A DNA stretch of 63,723 bases, filler included, from Olpidium bornovanus S191 (GCA_017911155.1; 27 parts of 27 records of this genome joined end to end with filler, not necessarily neighbours in it), one strand, 5' to 3'. Shown: positions 33,893 through 46,801, numbered from the whole stretch's first letter. Notes: generated by a model from the sequence alone, not told the origin. Numbers and translations are program-made.

Positions 33893-34630
33893 ATGCCCTC
33901 GCCGCGTCATCGACGCTGTAAAGGCGAGACGCCCTTGCCGCTGTCACCCCACGTCATGGCGACCGCTCCCTCGCCGACGGTCATCGCGCCGTCAAACCCG
34001 TCGAACTGTCCTGCTCGTTCGGCCGCGTCGTCACCCGCGCCCGTCGACCCTGCCGTCGTCCCCATCCCGCCGTCGCCGTCCCTCGATGCACGGATGGACC
34101 TACCGCCGTTTCGCGTTCCCCTGTTCATACCCGAACAGGCCGCGCCCGACGCCACGCCCGCCGCCACGCCCGCCGCTGCGCCCGCCGCTTCGTCCGCCCG
34201 TGTCGGACTCGAGGCGAGCTGCCACAACCCGGCTTCCGCCCCCGCCGTCGATGCTCTCCTTCAACAGCAGAAGCTGGCTGGCCTCGCTGAGTGGCGCGCT
34301 TCGATCGTTGCCCGCGTTGGTGCTGCTACCGCGGCTGCAATTTTAACTGACGTTGACGCCGCCCTTCCTGCCATCGTCGACGACCCGTCAATTTCGTTGC
34401 AGGAGTTGAGCTTTACCTGCGCCTCGCTCGACGAGCGCCTCATCGAGATGGCTGCCTCGTACCGTGCGCCGAGCCGCTCCCTGTCGCTTCTCCAGGCGAG
34501 CCTCGACCGCACGGCTCCTCGACTCGTGGACCCATCGACGACCGTTCGCCCGTCAATCGCGACTGCGCATATTCCGTCTCATTCGCCCCCTGCTCGGTCT
34601 CGTCTCTTAGAAATTGAGGTATTAGGGTGA
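33893..34630 (+). CDS. Pro/Ala-rich ORF downstream of the short LTR (probable retroelement ORF1/gag N-terminus)
   Basis: 245-aa intronless ORF after a GC-rich leader that follows the LTR/PBS. No diagnostic motif. Confidence 0.4.
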   Translation: MPSPRHRRCKGETPLPLSPHVMATAPSPTVIAPSNPSNCPARSAASSPAPVDPAVVPIPPSPSLDARMDLPPFRVPLFIPEQAAPDATPAATPAAAPAASSARVGLEASCHNPASAPAVDALLQQQKLAGLAEWRASIVARVGAATAAAILTDVDAALPAIVDDPSISLQELSFTCASLDERLIEMAASYRAPSRSLSLLQASLDRTAPRLVDPSTTVRPSIATAHIPSHSPPARSRLLEIEVLG

Positions 34631-35087
34631 TGGAATCAAAGATTCCGTGTTGTCACCCCAGACAACGGGTAGGTATATGCACAAGAAAAAAGCCACACTT
34701 CTAGACACGCGGGGCTTCTGGTTAACGTGCGATCTAAGATCCAGTTCCCTTCCAATTGCACAAGTGTAATCTAAAGGTCCCCTTCAGTCCGAAACGCTCG
34801 TCTACTTAAAGCACTTCCGCGACCTTTATTAAGGTGCTAGGTAGAACAAAATGTCGGTGTAGAGGGATGGGGTGGAGGAGATCGTATGGAGGGGATGAGG
34901 TGTGAGGAATCTTGGATTCCTCGCTCTATTTATACCCGTGAGCTCCCCCCTTTTTTCCTCTACGTCTATGTAGGAAACCTCGCCTGTTCGGAGTCCGCCG
35001 GGATCCGTTGGAACCTACTAGAACCTTCCTCCCTTTCCGGGTGCGCTCGGAGCTTGCCCCTTTTCCCCTTGCCCCCCTTTTGGGGAC

Positions 35088-35846
35088 GTGTTCAGGGGTG
35101 TGCTCCGCCACCCGCTTGGCGGAAACCAGGATTTCGCAGCCGAGATGCGATTCCCGCAATTCGCACGCTTCCGTCCGGCATCCGCATTGCGCAGTTTTGT
35201 CTTCTGCGGCGCTGTTGCTGCGTTTGCTGTCGGTCACTTCTTGGTGGCATCGGGTCACGTGGGAAAATTTCAACATCGTCGTCGTTCTTGGACGAACCTC
35301 CGCCGCCCCCGCCGACGATCGTCCTCCTCGTCGATCAAAAGCTCGTTCGAATCATTGTCTTCCGATTCGGAGGAGGACCGCTCGCCGTCCCCGACTTCCA
35401 GCCGTCCCTCTGGTGGTGCTGCGTCGACCGGCGTTTCCCGTGTCGTCCCTCACGGCCGCCGAGTCCGCATGTCTCCCGTGTGGGACAATGCACTCCAGTG
35501 TGGCGGCGGATGGATCGCGTGGAAGCAGCGCTTCCTTTCCAAACTCGAGCTCTCTGGGATCTTTACCGAGGCCCAGAAGCTTGCCAAACTGCGCAACAAC
35601 GTCGTCCCCGAGTTGTGCAGCTTCCTGAACTGGGACATGGAGCGTCATCGTCTCCTTTCGACGCCCCAGGAAGGCCTCGATGCGCTCACTAATCTGTACG
35701 CGTTGTCCTACGCGTTGAACCCGAAGCAGATTTTTGCATCGAAGGTCGCCCAGCTTCGTCAGGAACGCGCCGAAAGCATGAAGTTGTTGAAGAATTTCGA
35801 CTTGTTCACCCTTCAGTCCCACGACTCGGCGCGGTGGTGTCATTAG
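35088..35846 (+). mobile_element. Gag-like ORF of another retroelement
   Basis: Intronless ORF with WIAWKQRFLSKLELSGIFTEAQKLAKLRN and VAQLRQERAES, a gag-like helical pattern. Confidence 0.45.
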
Positions 35847-36589
35847 AACATAAGGAAATCCGTCTTGCAGTGTAAATCGATTTGCGTTCAGTCGAGNNNN
35901 NNNNNNNNNNNNNNNNNNNNNNNNNNNNNNNNNNNNNNNNTTAATTAATTAANNNNNNNNNNNNNNNNNNNNNNNNNNNNNNNNNNNNNNNNNNNNACAT
36001 GACCGCAGAACGCGTTCTACAGTTTGCTAACGACCTTGCCACAATCTGTTATACAAAAACACACAAAGACCGTGGACATCTAAGCCACAATAGATACCCT
36101 TTATAAATCGAAGTTTTAAAACTCGCCAAGTTTCGCTTAAGTGCGCCTGAAACGTTTGAAAATCACATCTCTCCCTTTTTGAAGTCGCATTTTTATGCCG
36201 CGTTAGACACTTTTCGTTTTCCTTTTTCCTGTACCACCGACACTTCTCCGCTGTGAATTTTTTCTTTGACTGCCTGATGTACAAATTATTTAACGGAAAA
36301 TTGGATACTCAGATGCGCAGGTTTTGACCTAACGGAGTGTGTGCAGCCGGCGGATGGTCGGAACCGCGGGATCTTCGGCGATTTCTGTTCGTCAAAAAAA
36401 AAAAAAAAAAAAAAAGCCGAAAGAACTTCTCCGCTTCAGCTTCGACCGCGACGCGATATCAGGTTCCCAGGACGAAGAGGAGGCAGGGACGGTTCAATTT
36501 GCGGGTGCCGGCAGACGCGGAAAATTATGCGCCCCTTTTGCCGGCCGACGCGGCCTCTTCGAGTGATCAAGATACGAACTTCACGGGAA

Positions 36590-37361
36590 TCTGAGTGTCG
36601 GGGCCGTGCCAAAGCAGCCGCGAGCTTTTCCGGATATTGCGCGCGCGGGGCACGGTTCACGTCCAGGATCCTGTCTTCCGGGCTCAAGGAGCATTTCGCG
36701 CCCGTTCGGGCGACTGTGCGGCGAGGTAAAAAGTCGTCACCTCCTTCATCCCGAAGGCGTAAAATATTCTGCCGCCTCCCGCGTGACTTGGCGGTTGTCT
36801 TGTCGCCGGTCAGTTCCAGGATCTTGGACGTTGGCACAACGCCGAGATTCCCCGCAAATGCCCGGATTTGGTGATCGGTCTGAGAGTTCGGTGAGATCCT
36901 CTTGCCGACCGACACCTGCAGACCTGTCCAATTCCGTAGGCCTTTTGTTCTTCGGCTCCAGCGCCGGTATTTACGCCGGTTCCTCCGTCCGCCCCGATGC
37001 TGGAAGGCGCCCCGGCCGCGACTCGTTCTACGTCTCGCGGTCCAGCCGCCCCCGGCGTAGTCTCGGACATATTGGCATCCGAATAGCCGTCCTCCAATTC
37101 CTCTTCCTCGGGACTTCTAACGTCGCTTTTGATCGGGGTCGGCGGGATGAGGTTTTTAGAGAAGTTCACATTCCGAGCGCGGCTAGGCCCGGATGCGGGA
37201 TACTGGGCTTCCTTCGTTGAAATCTTCAAACGCAAGTCTAAAATTCCGATGGCGATTATAACGCGCCAAAACGCTCGTATGGCGTCTATGGTGGCGACGT
37301 TGCGGTTCGCGGGGCAAGGCGGAGCGGGGATTCGGGCATCAGAATTAAAAGCAGGTAACAA
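36590..37361 (-). CDS. Hypothetical protein fragment
   Basis: Protein-like frame (IDAIRAFWRVIIAIGILDLRLK...EEEELEDGYSD) ends at a candidate donor, and a second open segment follows. Confidence 0.3.
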
Positions 37362-37385
37362 TCAAATGTGCTCGCTTTCGCCATT

Positions 37386-37431
<46 letters not shown>

Positions 37432-37598
37432 ACCCCCCGCCCCCCCCCCCCCCCCCCGGGGGGGGGGGCGCGGGCCNNNNNNNNNNNNNNNNNNNNNNNN
37501 NNNNNNNNNNNNNNNNNNNNTTAATTAATTAANNNNNNNNNNNNNNNNNNNNNNNNNNNNNNNNNNNNNNNNNNNNGAGGGAGGGGGAGGGGGGGGGG

Positions 37599-37633
<35 letters not shown>

Positions 37634-37769
37634 GGTGTGTGTGGGGTCGGCACGCGCGGAACGTAAGCGCCCGGCGAACTTCCGAAATGCGCGTCCGGCG
37701 AATTGTTGAATTCGGGCGAACGGCGCCTGATCCCCCGGTCCGGCGCGCGCGGCGAAACGCCCTTTTTTT

Positions 37770-39178
37770 TCACCTATTTCGCGGTCGGCCTCCGCGGCAC
37801 CGCCCGCGTCCAGTTCCGGGTACTGGAAAACGTGGTACGGCAGCAGGCGCTTCAAGGCGTCTTCCAGCGACGAGAACGGCGTCTCCCAGTCCGGGTTCAA
37901 AACGGCGAGATGGTCCGCGGACAACTGCGACCGCACTCTGCGAAGGAAAATAAAAAAAACACGCGGCGGCAGGGAAAACCCCGAACTTCAGTGCGCACGG
38001 TGTAAAGCAGCCGCGCTTGTGCGCGCGCGCACACTTTCTCTTTACTCAGGGCGGTCCCAATATGCCGGGCACCCGCCGCCCGAGCCGCGGAGTAAATCCG
38101 CCCACACACACACACACCTTCGCACGATCTTCTCGTGATGAGCGGCTTCGTTCGCGTTCCGCGCCGCGACGGCGGCCCCTTTCGCTGCGTCCGCCGGTTT
38201 GGAAACCCGCGGGTGCTGTCTGCTTGTCGGCGGCGGGCCCCGGGCGGCCGACGTCGGTCGGGCCGCGGGCGCGGGCTCGGGCGCGGGTCGGGCGGGGGGG
38301 CGCTGCGCCGGCGGCGGCCGCGAGTGATGCCGTAGCGCCGGCGGCCCCGGCGGCAGCGAGTGCGGGCGCGTCGCGGGCGTCACCGGCGGCCGCGCGACTG
38401 GCGGCACCGCGGCGAAGGGGCGGGGTGCGACGTACGGAGCGCAAGCCGGGGCGGCGACGAGCACGGCGGGATCTGACGCCTGCAGGCACGACGGCGCCGG
38501 GGCGGCGGCGCGGCGGTGGTGCTGCGGCGGAGGTGTCAGCCGCGACTGCGGCGGAGGGTGGAAAACAAACGGCGTCGGCGGCGGCCGAGGAGGAGGAGAA
38601 GGGGGAGAACGGCAGTACCCCGGCGCTGCCGCCGGGAGCGCGTACGCGGACCGGTCCGGCGGGGGCTGTGGCGGCAGCCGGGGCGGAGGGGGAGGAGCGG
38701 AAAACACCCGGGCGGCGGGGTTCGCGGCGGCCGCGCAGGAGCCGCCGGGCGCGGGGGCGAAACCGGAGGCCGGGGCCGCGGGCGCCGGCGAACACGGCGC
38801 GGCCGGCGCCCGCGCCTGCCGCAGCAGCTGCTGGTGCTGGAGCTGGAGCTGGAGCGGGTGCTGAAGCGGGTGCTGGAGCGGGCGCTGGAGCTGGTGCGGC
38901 GGCAGCGCGGCAGGCCCGCCACCTGCTTCTCCTCCCAGCAGCGGCGCGGGCCCGAGCGGAGGCAGCACCTGCGGGAACGAGTTCCGGTGGCGGTGCACCT
39001 GGCGGTGAGCGAAGGACGCGGGCTCCGCCGGGCCGGTGCCGGGACCGGGGCCGGGGCCGGGGCCGCCGCCGCCGCCGGGGGCACGTTGTTCGGCCGGGCC
39101 GTGCAGGAGGAGGAGGAGGTCGTCGTCCGGCGCGCTCCGCTTCCGCTTCTTCGAACAGGCCCCGGAGGTGTCGAACAT
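37770..39178 (-). CDS. GLTSCR1/BICRA-domain protein
   Basis: A Pro/Gln/Ala-rich exon is spliced to VRSQLSADHLAVLNPDWETPFSSLEDALKRLLPYHVFQYP, the GLTSCR1-domain signature. Confidence 0.85.
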
Positions 39179-39443
39179 TTCTGCGCTCTCTCTCTCTCTC
39201 TCTCTCTCTGCTCTGCTCTGCTCTGCTCTGCTCTCTCTTTTCGCTCTCTCTCTTCTCTCTTCTCTCTCTCTGTCTGCGGGGCTAGCGGAGGAAGAAGCGG
39301 GAAAGGGAAGGGAAGGGGGGGAGAAAGCGGGGGGGGGGGGAAAAGACACGGGAAAGAAACGGGAAAGAAGGGAGACGGGAGAGAAAGGACGGGGAACCCT
39401 AACCCAAACACACTTGCTCTCTCAGTCTCTCTCTCTCTCTTTC

Positions 39444-39506
<63 letters not shown>

Positions 39507-39832
39507 CTGTCCCGTCAATCAGGGAGGAGGAGGAGGAGGAGGAAGAGGAGCGCAGGAAGAGGAAGGAGGAGGAGCAGAGCAGAGCAGAAGAATTAGAGGG
39601 GGAAAAAAAAAAAAAAAAAAAAAATATTTTCCTTCTTCTCCTCCCAAACCACCACCCCACCGCCGCCTCCCCGTTTCTCCCGTCCTCCGCTTCCCCCCCC
39701 CCCCCCCCCCCCCCCCCTCCCCCCCCGCACCANNNNNNNNNNNNNNNNNNNNNNNNNNNNNNNNNNNNNNNNNNNNTTAATTAATTAANNNNNNNNNNNN
39801 NNNNNNNNNNNNNNNNNNNNNNNNNNNNNNNN

Positions 39833-39877
<45 letters not shown>

Positions 39878-40757
39878 TATTAAGAGGGCGGCGAGTGGGA
39901 GGAGGAGGGGTGGTGGCCGAAAGAGCCCTCTCCCCGGCCGGGAGGGAAGGAAGAACAGAAACAGACTGGAGAGAGAAAACGACAGAGAAGGAATGAGAGG
40001 CGCCGGAAGGCAGAAGATGACCGCACTTCTTCCCATCCCCCCTTCCCCCCCACACGCACCCACGACGCCGCACTGATGCGCTCTCTGCCAGCGTGTGGCC
40101 TCTTCGGCGTACACAGCGCTTCCCACACGGCCTTCTTGGTCCGCCCCGCGGCCACAGAGGTAAACAGCGGGCGTGGTGTGGGCCCGCGGAAAGGGAAGGG
40201 GGGGAGGGGAGAGGATGCGCGAGGTGGCCGGGTGGAGACAATCCCCCGCCGCACGCGTCTTCCTCCGGTCCCTCCCGCGGGGTTGGTCACGTGAAGGACA
40301 CGCCCCTCCTCCGCCGACCCCGCCCGAGGATTTCGACCCTCCCGACGTGTACGTCGTCGCGCGAACGGGGGGTGGTCGGGGCGGAAAAAAAATAAAAAAT
40401 AAAAAAATGCGGCGGAGGTGGCAGGGAAGTTGCTGGACAGGCCGCGAGAATTCCGTATCGCCGAAGATTCGAACGGGGTGTGCGCGACTTTGTTCTTCTG
40501 TAAAGAAAGAAGTCCACCTGCAAAAAATTCCGGAGGTGACTACACGAAAATAAGTAATCTATAGAATTTGGCCATTTGATACCCCAACCGTCGTTCTCGA
40601 AGTTAAAGTCATCCGCGCCGGAAGTAACGTCTTCCTCGTTCAACTCATTCAAAACCTGCCTGAAAAGGTTTACCCCGCACCTTGCAAACTTGGAAACAAC
40701 CTTGTGATCGGCGCTTAGGTAGGCAAGAAGTATACAACGTCAGTGGCGGAGAAAGCA

Positions 40758-40835
40758 CAATATGCAAAATGCATAGGCTCACTGTTGTACCTCGCGACCC
40801 GTACGAGACCAGATAATTCCTCTACTAGGCTGTCC
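40758..40835 (+). mobile_element. Small copia RT C-terminal fragment
   Basis: QYAKCIGSLLYLATRTRPD matches the copia Y...IGSLxYLAxxTRPD motif. Confidence 0.55.
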
Positions 40836-42604
40836 GGCTGGTGCGTGTCCGTCAATTCCACGGTGACTCCAATGTATTTTTTTTTCTGTTTTGCCTTTCG
40901 CGTATCGATTAGGGCAGAGATCAACTGCACCTCCTGCCTTCAAGTGTCATACGGTAGTGCCACTTCTTCGGCCCTGTCGACAGATCGTGGGAGGGCGGAG
41001 ATTTCAAAATGTTCGCACTGGCCACCCAAAAATTCGTAAAGCAGAGGAGATCAGACAACTTTCCGCGATCCAAGGACGCGGTTGCGACTTTGACGTGAAA
41101 CCTTGAAACGCAACTGAGGATCCATGCGGCTTTCCACACTTGAAGTCAGAAAAACGACTTTTACTTAAAGTTGCCAAGCGCGATTCAGATCATGCACATC
41201 AACAATGCTTTGGATTTGATACGAGCCATATGGTGCCATCAAATGTGCACAGTATGGCTGGCGCCCGCTGCGTTGTTCAAGAATTAAAACCCCAGGAATT
41301 CGTGGGCGGCTTCTTAACGATGCATCATGTAATAGGGGGTTTATGCCAGAAAAACAGATTGGTATCAATTAGGACGTAACATGAAAGTTCTTCGACGCGT
41401 TTATAAGCTCCGTTTCTATCTGCGACGGCCGCTCCGGCTCCATTTCTTGAGATACCCCTTCATCCAATCCACACTCGGCTCGTCTGTCCGTCACGACCTC
41501 TTCATCCGCGAACTGGTCAATTTCCTCGCCTTCGCTTTCCGTAGTTATCGATTCATTATCGGTGCTACATGACCTAANNNNNNNNNNNNNNNNNNNNNNN
41601 NNNNNNNNNNNNNNNNNNNNNTTAATTAATTAANNNNNNNNNNNNNNNNNNNNNNNNNNNNNNNNNNNNNNNNNNNNGCACACTGCTCCAGCTATCAGGT
41701 CTAATTATCGCCTGACGGGGGAAGCTTCCACCCGTCATACAGCGATACGCACCACAGAACGCTGGTAGCTTCCGTAGCTGCCCCGTCGCCTATCAACTTT
41801 CGCGCGCGGCATGCTCCGTCGTCCGTTGATCGTGTGGTGAGCAGAGTCATTTTCCGGTAGGGCACCTCTCCACGAACCCGTCGTCATCTGCTTGAGTGGC
41901 TTCTGCTAGATAAGGGACGAGGCCCAACGAAATCGTCAGTGGCAATCCCGTCTGCAACATTGCCCGCGCCGGCTGACCGAAGGCGTGTAGCGCGTAGGGC
42001 TTCGTTGGCGAGGCGGCTGCCGGAGCGACTGGAACTGCGCACGTGGGCGGTATTCGCGGCAGCAAGGGTGTCGTCACGACCGCAGAGCTGGAATAGCTAA
42101 CTGCGTGCAGAAGCTTCCATGGCGGCCTCTACCCAGAGGATTCCACGGACGGGTGGGGAGGGGGAGGGTTGCTGTGGTTACCGTACGCGGTAGGGCGAGG
42201 CGGGCTCATGCAGGAGGAGCATGCGCAAAGTCAGGCTTGGTTCCATACCCTAGAACAAGAAAATGTGACGTCTGACTCGGCCAGTGCTTGAACGGCGACT
42301 TGACCGCCCTCCCCAACCGTTCTGTGACTGATTCACATCAATTGCATAGTGGTTATTTGTAGGCGTAAGTGCAATGAAATGCGAAAGAACAGTAAACGAT
42401 CGAGCTCAAAACTAGAAATGTGAGGATAAGTGCGTGGGAGTTCACGAGTTCATATTAGTAATAACAGTTTGATACGAGATCTTGCCAACGGGAATCTCTG
42501 TAAGGAACCGGGACGGCAAGGTGGAAGAGGAATATGCAGGGATTATCAGAGACGGCAAACTGAGGATTACGGTGACCAGGGCGACGGACTAGATGCAGCC
42601 CATC

Positions 42605-43984
42605 TCAGGAAAGTATAAGGACGATAAGGATGAGAGTTAGAGTAACTATCAAGCACAGGGAACCTGTAGATCGCGAAGGCGAATAAATCGACAGCAAAGG
42701 GCGAACGTCAATCAAAACAAAAAAAAGAAAGGAAAGCGCGAGCCGAGACGGCGGTGTACCAACCGTGTTCTCTCGCCTTCCTGGAAACCTTGCCCAGCCG
42801 CTTTCGGGCCCTGCCCAAGCGGTTGTCAGTCCGGTCAACGGACTGGTCTATGTCCTCGAGCTAGCGAAATCCAAAAACATAGGACAGGCCGCATCAGGTA
42901 AAGTAGCCGTTCGTCGGCTCCAGCAGCCGTGAACGCACGCGAGCATATAAAGAAAGCTTCGCGCCGCTTTCCGCCACTGGCTCAACCTCTCACCAAGGTC
43001 GCGTGCGCATCGAGCTCCTGATTAACCATGATACCCATCTCCCGCTGACGGGCCAAGGACTCGCTCAGCAAATCCAGATGGCGGTCCTGATCGGTGAGCA
43101 TCCGCTGTTGCAGCTGGACGACCTGCCCGCTTTTCGCAGCGGCCAGTGACGGCGACCCGGGGGGGTAAAACGAGCTGTCGCCCGGTTCGGGCAATGGGGC
43201 GAAGCGTACAAGCTCGGCACCGGCCTGCGACGAAGGGAAAAGCTCGGATCTTGCGTTGCTTTGGGAAGCGGGGGGTGGGGAAATTTGGTAACAACTCGGT
43301 CAACGGCGCGAACAAGAGGGAAAGTACCGGCAGGCAGGACGAAATTCAAACGTTCCGTCTCACCTTTCCGCAAACGCGACGACCACCTGCTCCGGTTTTC
43401 GCGCCAGCGCCTCAATCTTGTCCACCTGTTTCGAGAGGTTGTAGAAAGCGTCCTCTTTTTGCTTGAGCTCGGCGGACGACCTGCACAAAACGAAAACGGG
43501 GTTTCCGATGTACGAGTGGCGACAGCGCGTGAGTAAGTCAAAAAAAGGAGTTAGCGAAGCACTTGCCAGGCAGAGGCCGCATCGGCGACGCCGAGAGTTG
43601 CTTCGGCGTCACTGCGGGTTTTACGTTACGCTGCGCACCTCTCGGCCATCCCAGCGCAGACCTCGCGGGCACGTTCCGCTCAGTTTCAACTGCCGCCCGT
43701 CCTTTTGCATGTCTGAAACCTCCTACCGGCCTGTCTCTACTTTGGGCGGGCCGGATCCCAAAACCCGTTACTCACGCTTTCCCGCCCGTCTCCGCAGCGG
43801 ATAATTCCCTCTCCAGGTCAACGAGGTTCTTCCGGAGGGTTGCGAGGTTGCGATCGAGAACCCGCGTCTGGTTGGAGTGCGGGATGCCAAGGTTTCGGCA
43901 TCGCACCAACTCCACGGCGGTGGCGAGGGAGCTTTCTGCAAGCAGAGCGAGCTTTTCGGGCGTGCGCTTCGGCGGCGACGACAT
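42605..43984 (-). CDS. SYN8: Syntaxin-8/Syn8-like Qc-SNARE
   Basis: N-terminal MSSPPKRTPEKLALLAESSL...RNLATLRKNLVDLE, SNARE motif QQRMLTDQDRHLDLLSESLARQREMGIMVNQELD, VDRTDNRLGRARKRL and C-terminal TM LCLIVTLTLILIVLILS. Confidence 0.8.
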
Positions 43985-44518
43985 TTGCGGCTCCCCCTTC
44001 AACCCGCCGCGGCGGGCGGCGTTATTTGCCGGCCGCTGGACGGGGCGGCGGACGTCGAGGAGCGCAAGGGCGATGCTGCGTCGTTTCCGGACCGCTCCGC
44101 CCCGCGGTTTCCGGCGCAGCGGCCAGCGGGAAGGGGATGCTTCTGAGGGCTGCGGGCAGGGGGGCGTCTGAGACGTCCGGGTCGGAGTCGGGTCGGGAGG
44201 GGGGCGTTGGGAGGAGCGGTTCACGGACGAAAACGTGGGCGCCACCCGCAGAAATAAACTACGCATGTCACCGGATTCAAGGGCCGCATTTCGACGCCAT
44301 GGAGATCAACATCGCCCTTTCGCCCATTGGTGGCTTCAGCGGGCGCTACCGCTGCCGGGAGGAACAGGGTCTCAGCGAAGCTTTGATGCCGGCAGAAACA
44401 AGAAAAGATTGCTCCTCCNNNNNNNNNNNNNNNNNNNNNNNNNNNNNNNNNNNNNNNNNNNNTTAATTAATTAANNNNNNNNNNNNNNNNNNNNNNNNNN
44501 NNNNNNNNNNNNNNNNNN

Positions 44519-45424
44519 CATGGTTTCCCTGATAACGTACGGCGTCGAACTCGGCCGGCATACGATTGGGCTTGTGTGGCTTAAAAAGATTCCTCTCGTT
44601 CTCATCGTCGCTGCTCTCCTCCTCCGATCCTGCGCTAGACTCCTTCGCGTAGATATGGAGTTTCTCGGTGCGCTCGAGCAATGTCTCGTAAGAGGCCTGA
44701 AGGTCGTGATCTCTAGCCGCGGAGGGAATCTCCAATCCCGGCCCCACAATTCCGACCTTCAGGCAAATTGCCCCCGAGACTTCGCCTTTCGCCCGGCGTT
44801 TCTCGAGCGTATACCAGGTCTCGGGCGCTTCCGCGAAGGATATCGGCTTCGGCACCAACGTGGCCGCTTTCGCCACGTCTGGGCGCCAGGCAGAAATCCC
44901 ACAACGTGCAAAAGGTTCGCGTCAGCCGCACGCATGTAGACATGCAACAAAACGCCAGCGAGCGCCAACATTTTCCGGGTTAAGCTCGACGCCGTACCTC
45001 CGCCGTTTTCAAGGGAGACGAGACAGAACAAGTCACTGATCGGAAGCTCGCAGTGCCCAAGGAAATCATTTCGAAAACGGTCCTTGTCCCAGCAGACGAC
45101 GTTCAACAGCGTCGGGAGTTGGACGAGGTCGTCGAACGGGCCAAAGTCAAACACTAGGCACGGGAGCGGACGAAACGTAACGCGAGCGGTTGAGCGGGCC
45201 GGGAAATCATCTTACGAACGCAGAGCGCGCTGCGGTATAGTGAGTGCGCCCCGGTACGCGGCTTCACCTTGGTTCCAGACGGGGTTCAGGTCCTTCGGGA
45301 TCACGTTTGTCCGGTGCCGGACGTTTCCCAGCCTCACGATGCAGAACGGGTCGGAAGTGCCGCCGCGGTCCTTCGCCGCAAGACCTGATGCCCTCATGAC
45401 AGCAACCCGGATCGTGAACGGCAT
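44519..45424 (-). CDS. PSD2: C2-domain protein, likely the N-terminus of phosphatidylserine decarboxylase 2
   Basis: ASGLAAKDRGGTSDPFCIVRLG...PKDLNPVWN, CWDKDRFRNDFLG and WYTLEKRRAKGEVSGAICL match the fungal Psd2 first C2 domain. The catalytic domain is not in the window. Confidence 0.65.
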
Positions 45425-45618
45425 GGCGGCGATCCCGCGGCGGACGCGCGGCGCGCCGGGGGGTGGGGTGGGAAAGGGAAGAGAACGCGGATCGCGCGCG
45501 GGGTGTTTACGGGCGACGGCGGGTGTGGGCGGAGGGGTGAAGGCGAGGGCCGAGTGTCCAGCTGATGTCTGCCGAACACGAAAACCCGCTCCCCTTCCGG
45601 ACGGGGGGGGGGGGGGGG

Positions 45619-45649
<31 letters not shown>

Positions 45650-45650
45650 T

Positions 45651-45696
<46 letters not shown>

Positions 45697-45885
45697 GTGG
45701 GGGGGGGGGGGGGGGGGGGGGGGGGGTGGGGGGGGGGGGGGGGGGGGGGGGGACAGGGAACTACGGGGGCTTGCGTCGCTGCCGCNNNNNNNNNNNNNNN
45801 NNNNNNNNNNNNNNNNNNNNNNNNNNNNNTTAATTAATTAANNNNNNNNNNNNNNNNNNNNNNNNNNNNNNNNNNNNNNNNNNNN

Positions 45886-46037
45886 GCGAAGCGCGGGCGC
45901 GGCGGAGGCGAAGCGCGGGCGCGGCGGAGGCGAAGCGCGGGCGCCGCAGAGAGCGAAGCGCGGGCGCAGCGGAGGCAAAGCGCGGGCGCAGCGGAGGCGA
46001 AGCGCGTGCGCAGCGGAGGGCGAAGCGCGGGCGCAGC
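45886..46037 (+). repeat. 22-bp GC-rich tandem repeat, ~7 copies
   Basis: Unit GCGAAGCGCGGGCGC(G/A)GCGGAG. Confidence 0.9.
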
Positions 46038-46039
46038 TG

Positions 46040-46660
46040 TTGAAATTGTCGCTGTTTCGCGTCATTTCTATGATGTATATGTACTTTTCTTTTGTCTCCC
46101 TTCTGTTCTCTTCTCCTTCCTGGCTTTTCTCCACTCTTTTCCCTTCTTTCTGCGTTGATTTTGGGCCGTTCTGCGCCATTTGGGCGATTTGGGGGCACTG
46201 CCATAGCTCTGATTGGTTACCGTTGCATCGGTAAACTGGGGGGGAGATTCTGAGCACCCCCCGCGTTTTTGGCGAACTTCTTTACGCGTTTTCTCGACCC
46301 CTACTGCACCGATCCCTGTCAAATTTGAAGGAAGCCACCGCACCGCCAACGCGCAACTCTCCCCAAAGTTGTAGAACGATCGGCAGCCGTTCGGCGGAGA
46401 ACGAAGAGAATTTATCCCAAAACGAGGCGAATTTGAGCTTCTTTTGACGACTGCGATGTGGGGACCCGCTCAATCGGCGAGCGGTCACCACAGTCACCAC
46501 CAAACTTTTCTTGGTAGCGCGGATCTGCTACAGCAAACAGACCCGGAATCGGAGCTTTCTCCGCTGAGAACGAAGCCCTCCAAGTTTGAGAAAAGACCAC
46601 CCCCTTCTCCTTCTCACTCGAAAACACTTTCACAGAGTTTTGACCTTCTCCCGCCATTCC
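46040..46660 (-). mobile_element. Degenerate gag-like region downstream of short LTR copy 2
   Basis: Broken frames include a decayed zinc-knuckle-like YRCNGNQSELWQCP. Confidence 0.4.
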
Positions 46661-46801
46661 CTGTCCAATTGCAAGAGCAGCGGGGAGCGGAGCGCGGGCG
46701 CGGAGGAGGGCGAAGCGCGGGTGCAGCGGGGAGCGGAGTGCGGGAGCTGGTCGAAAGGGAGCTGGTCAAAGAGGGATGGTTCTTCTTCGGATTCCCCACT
46801 T

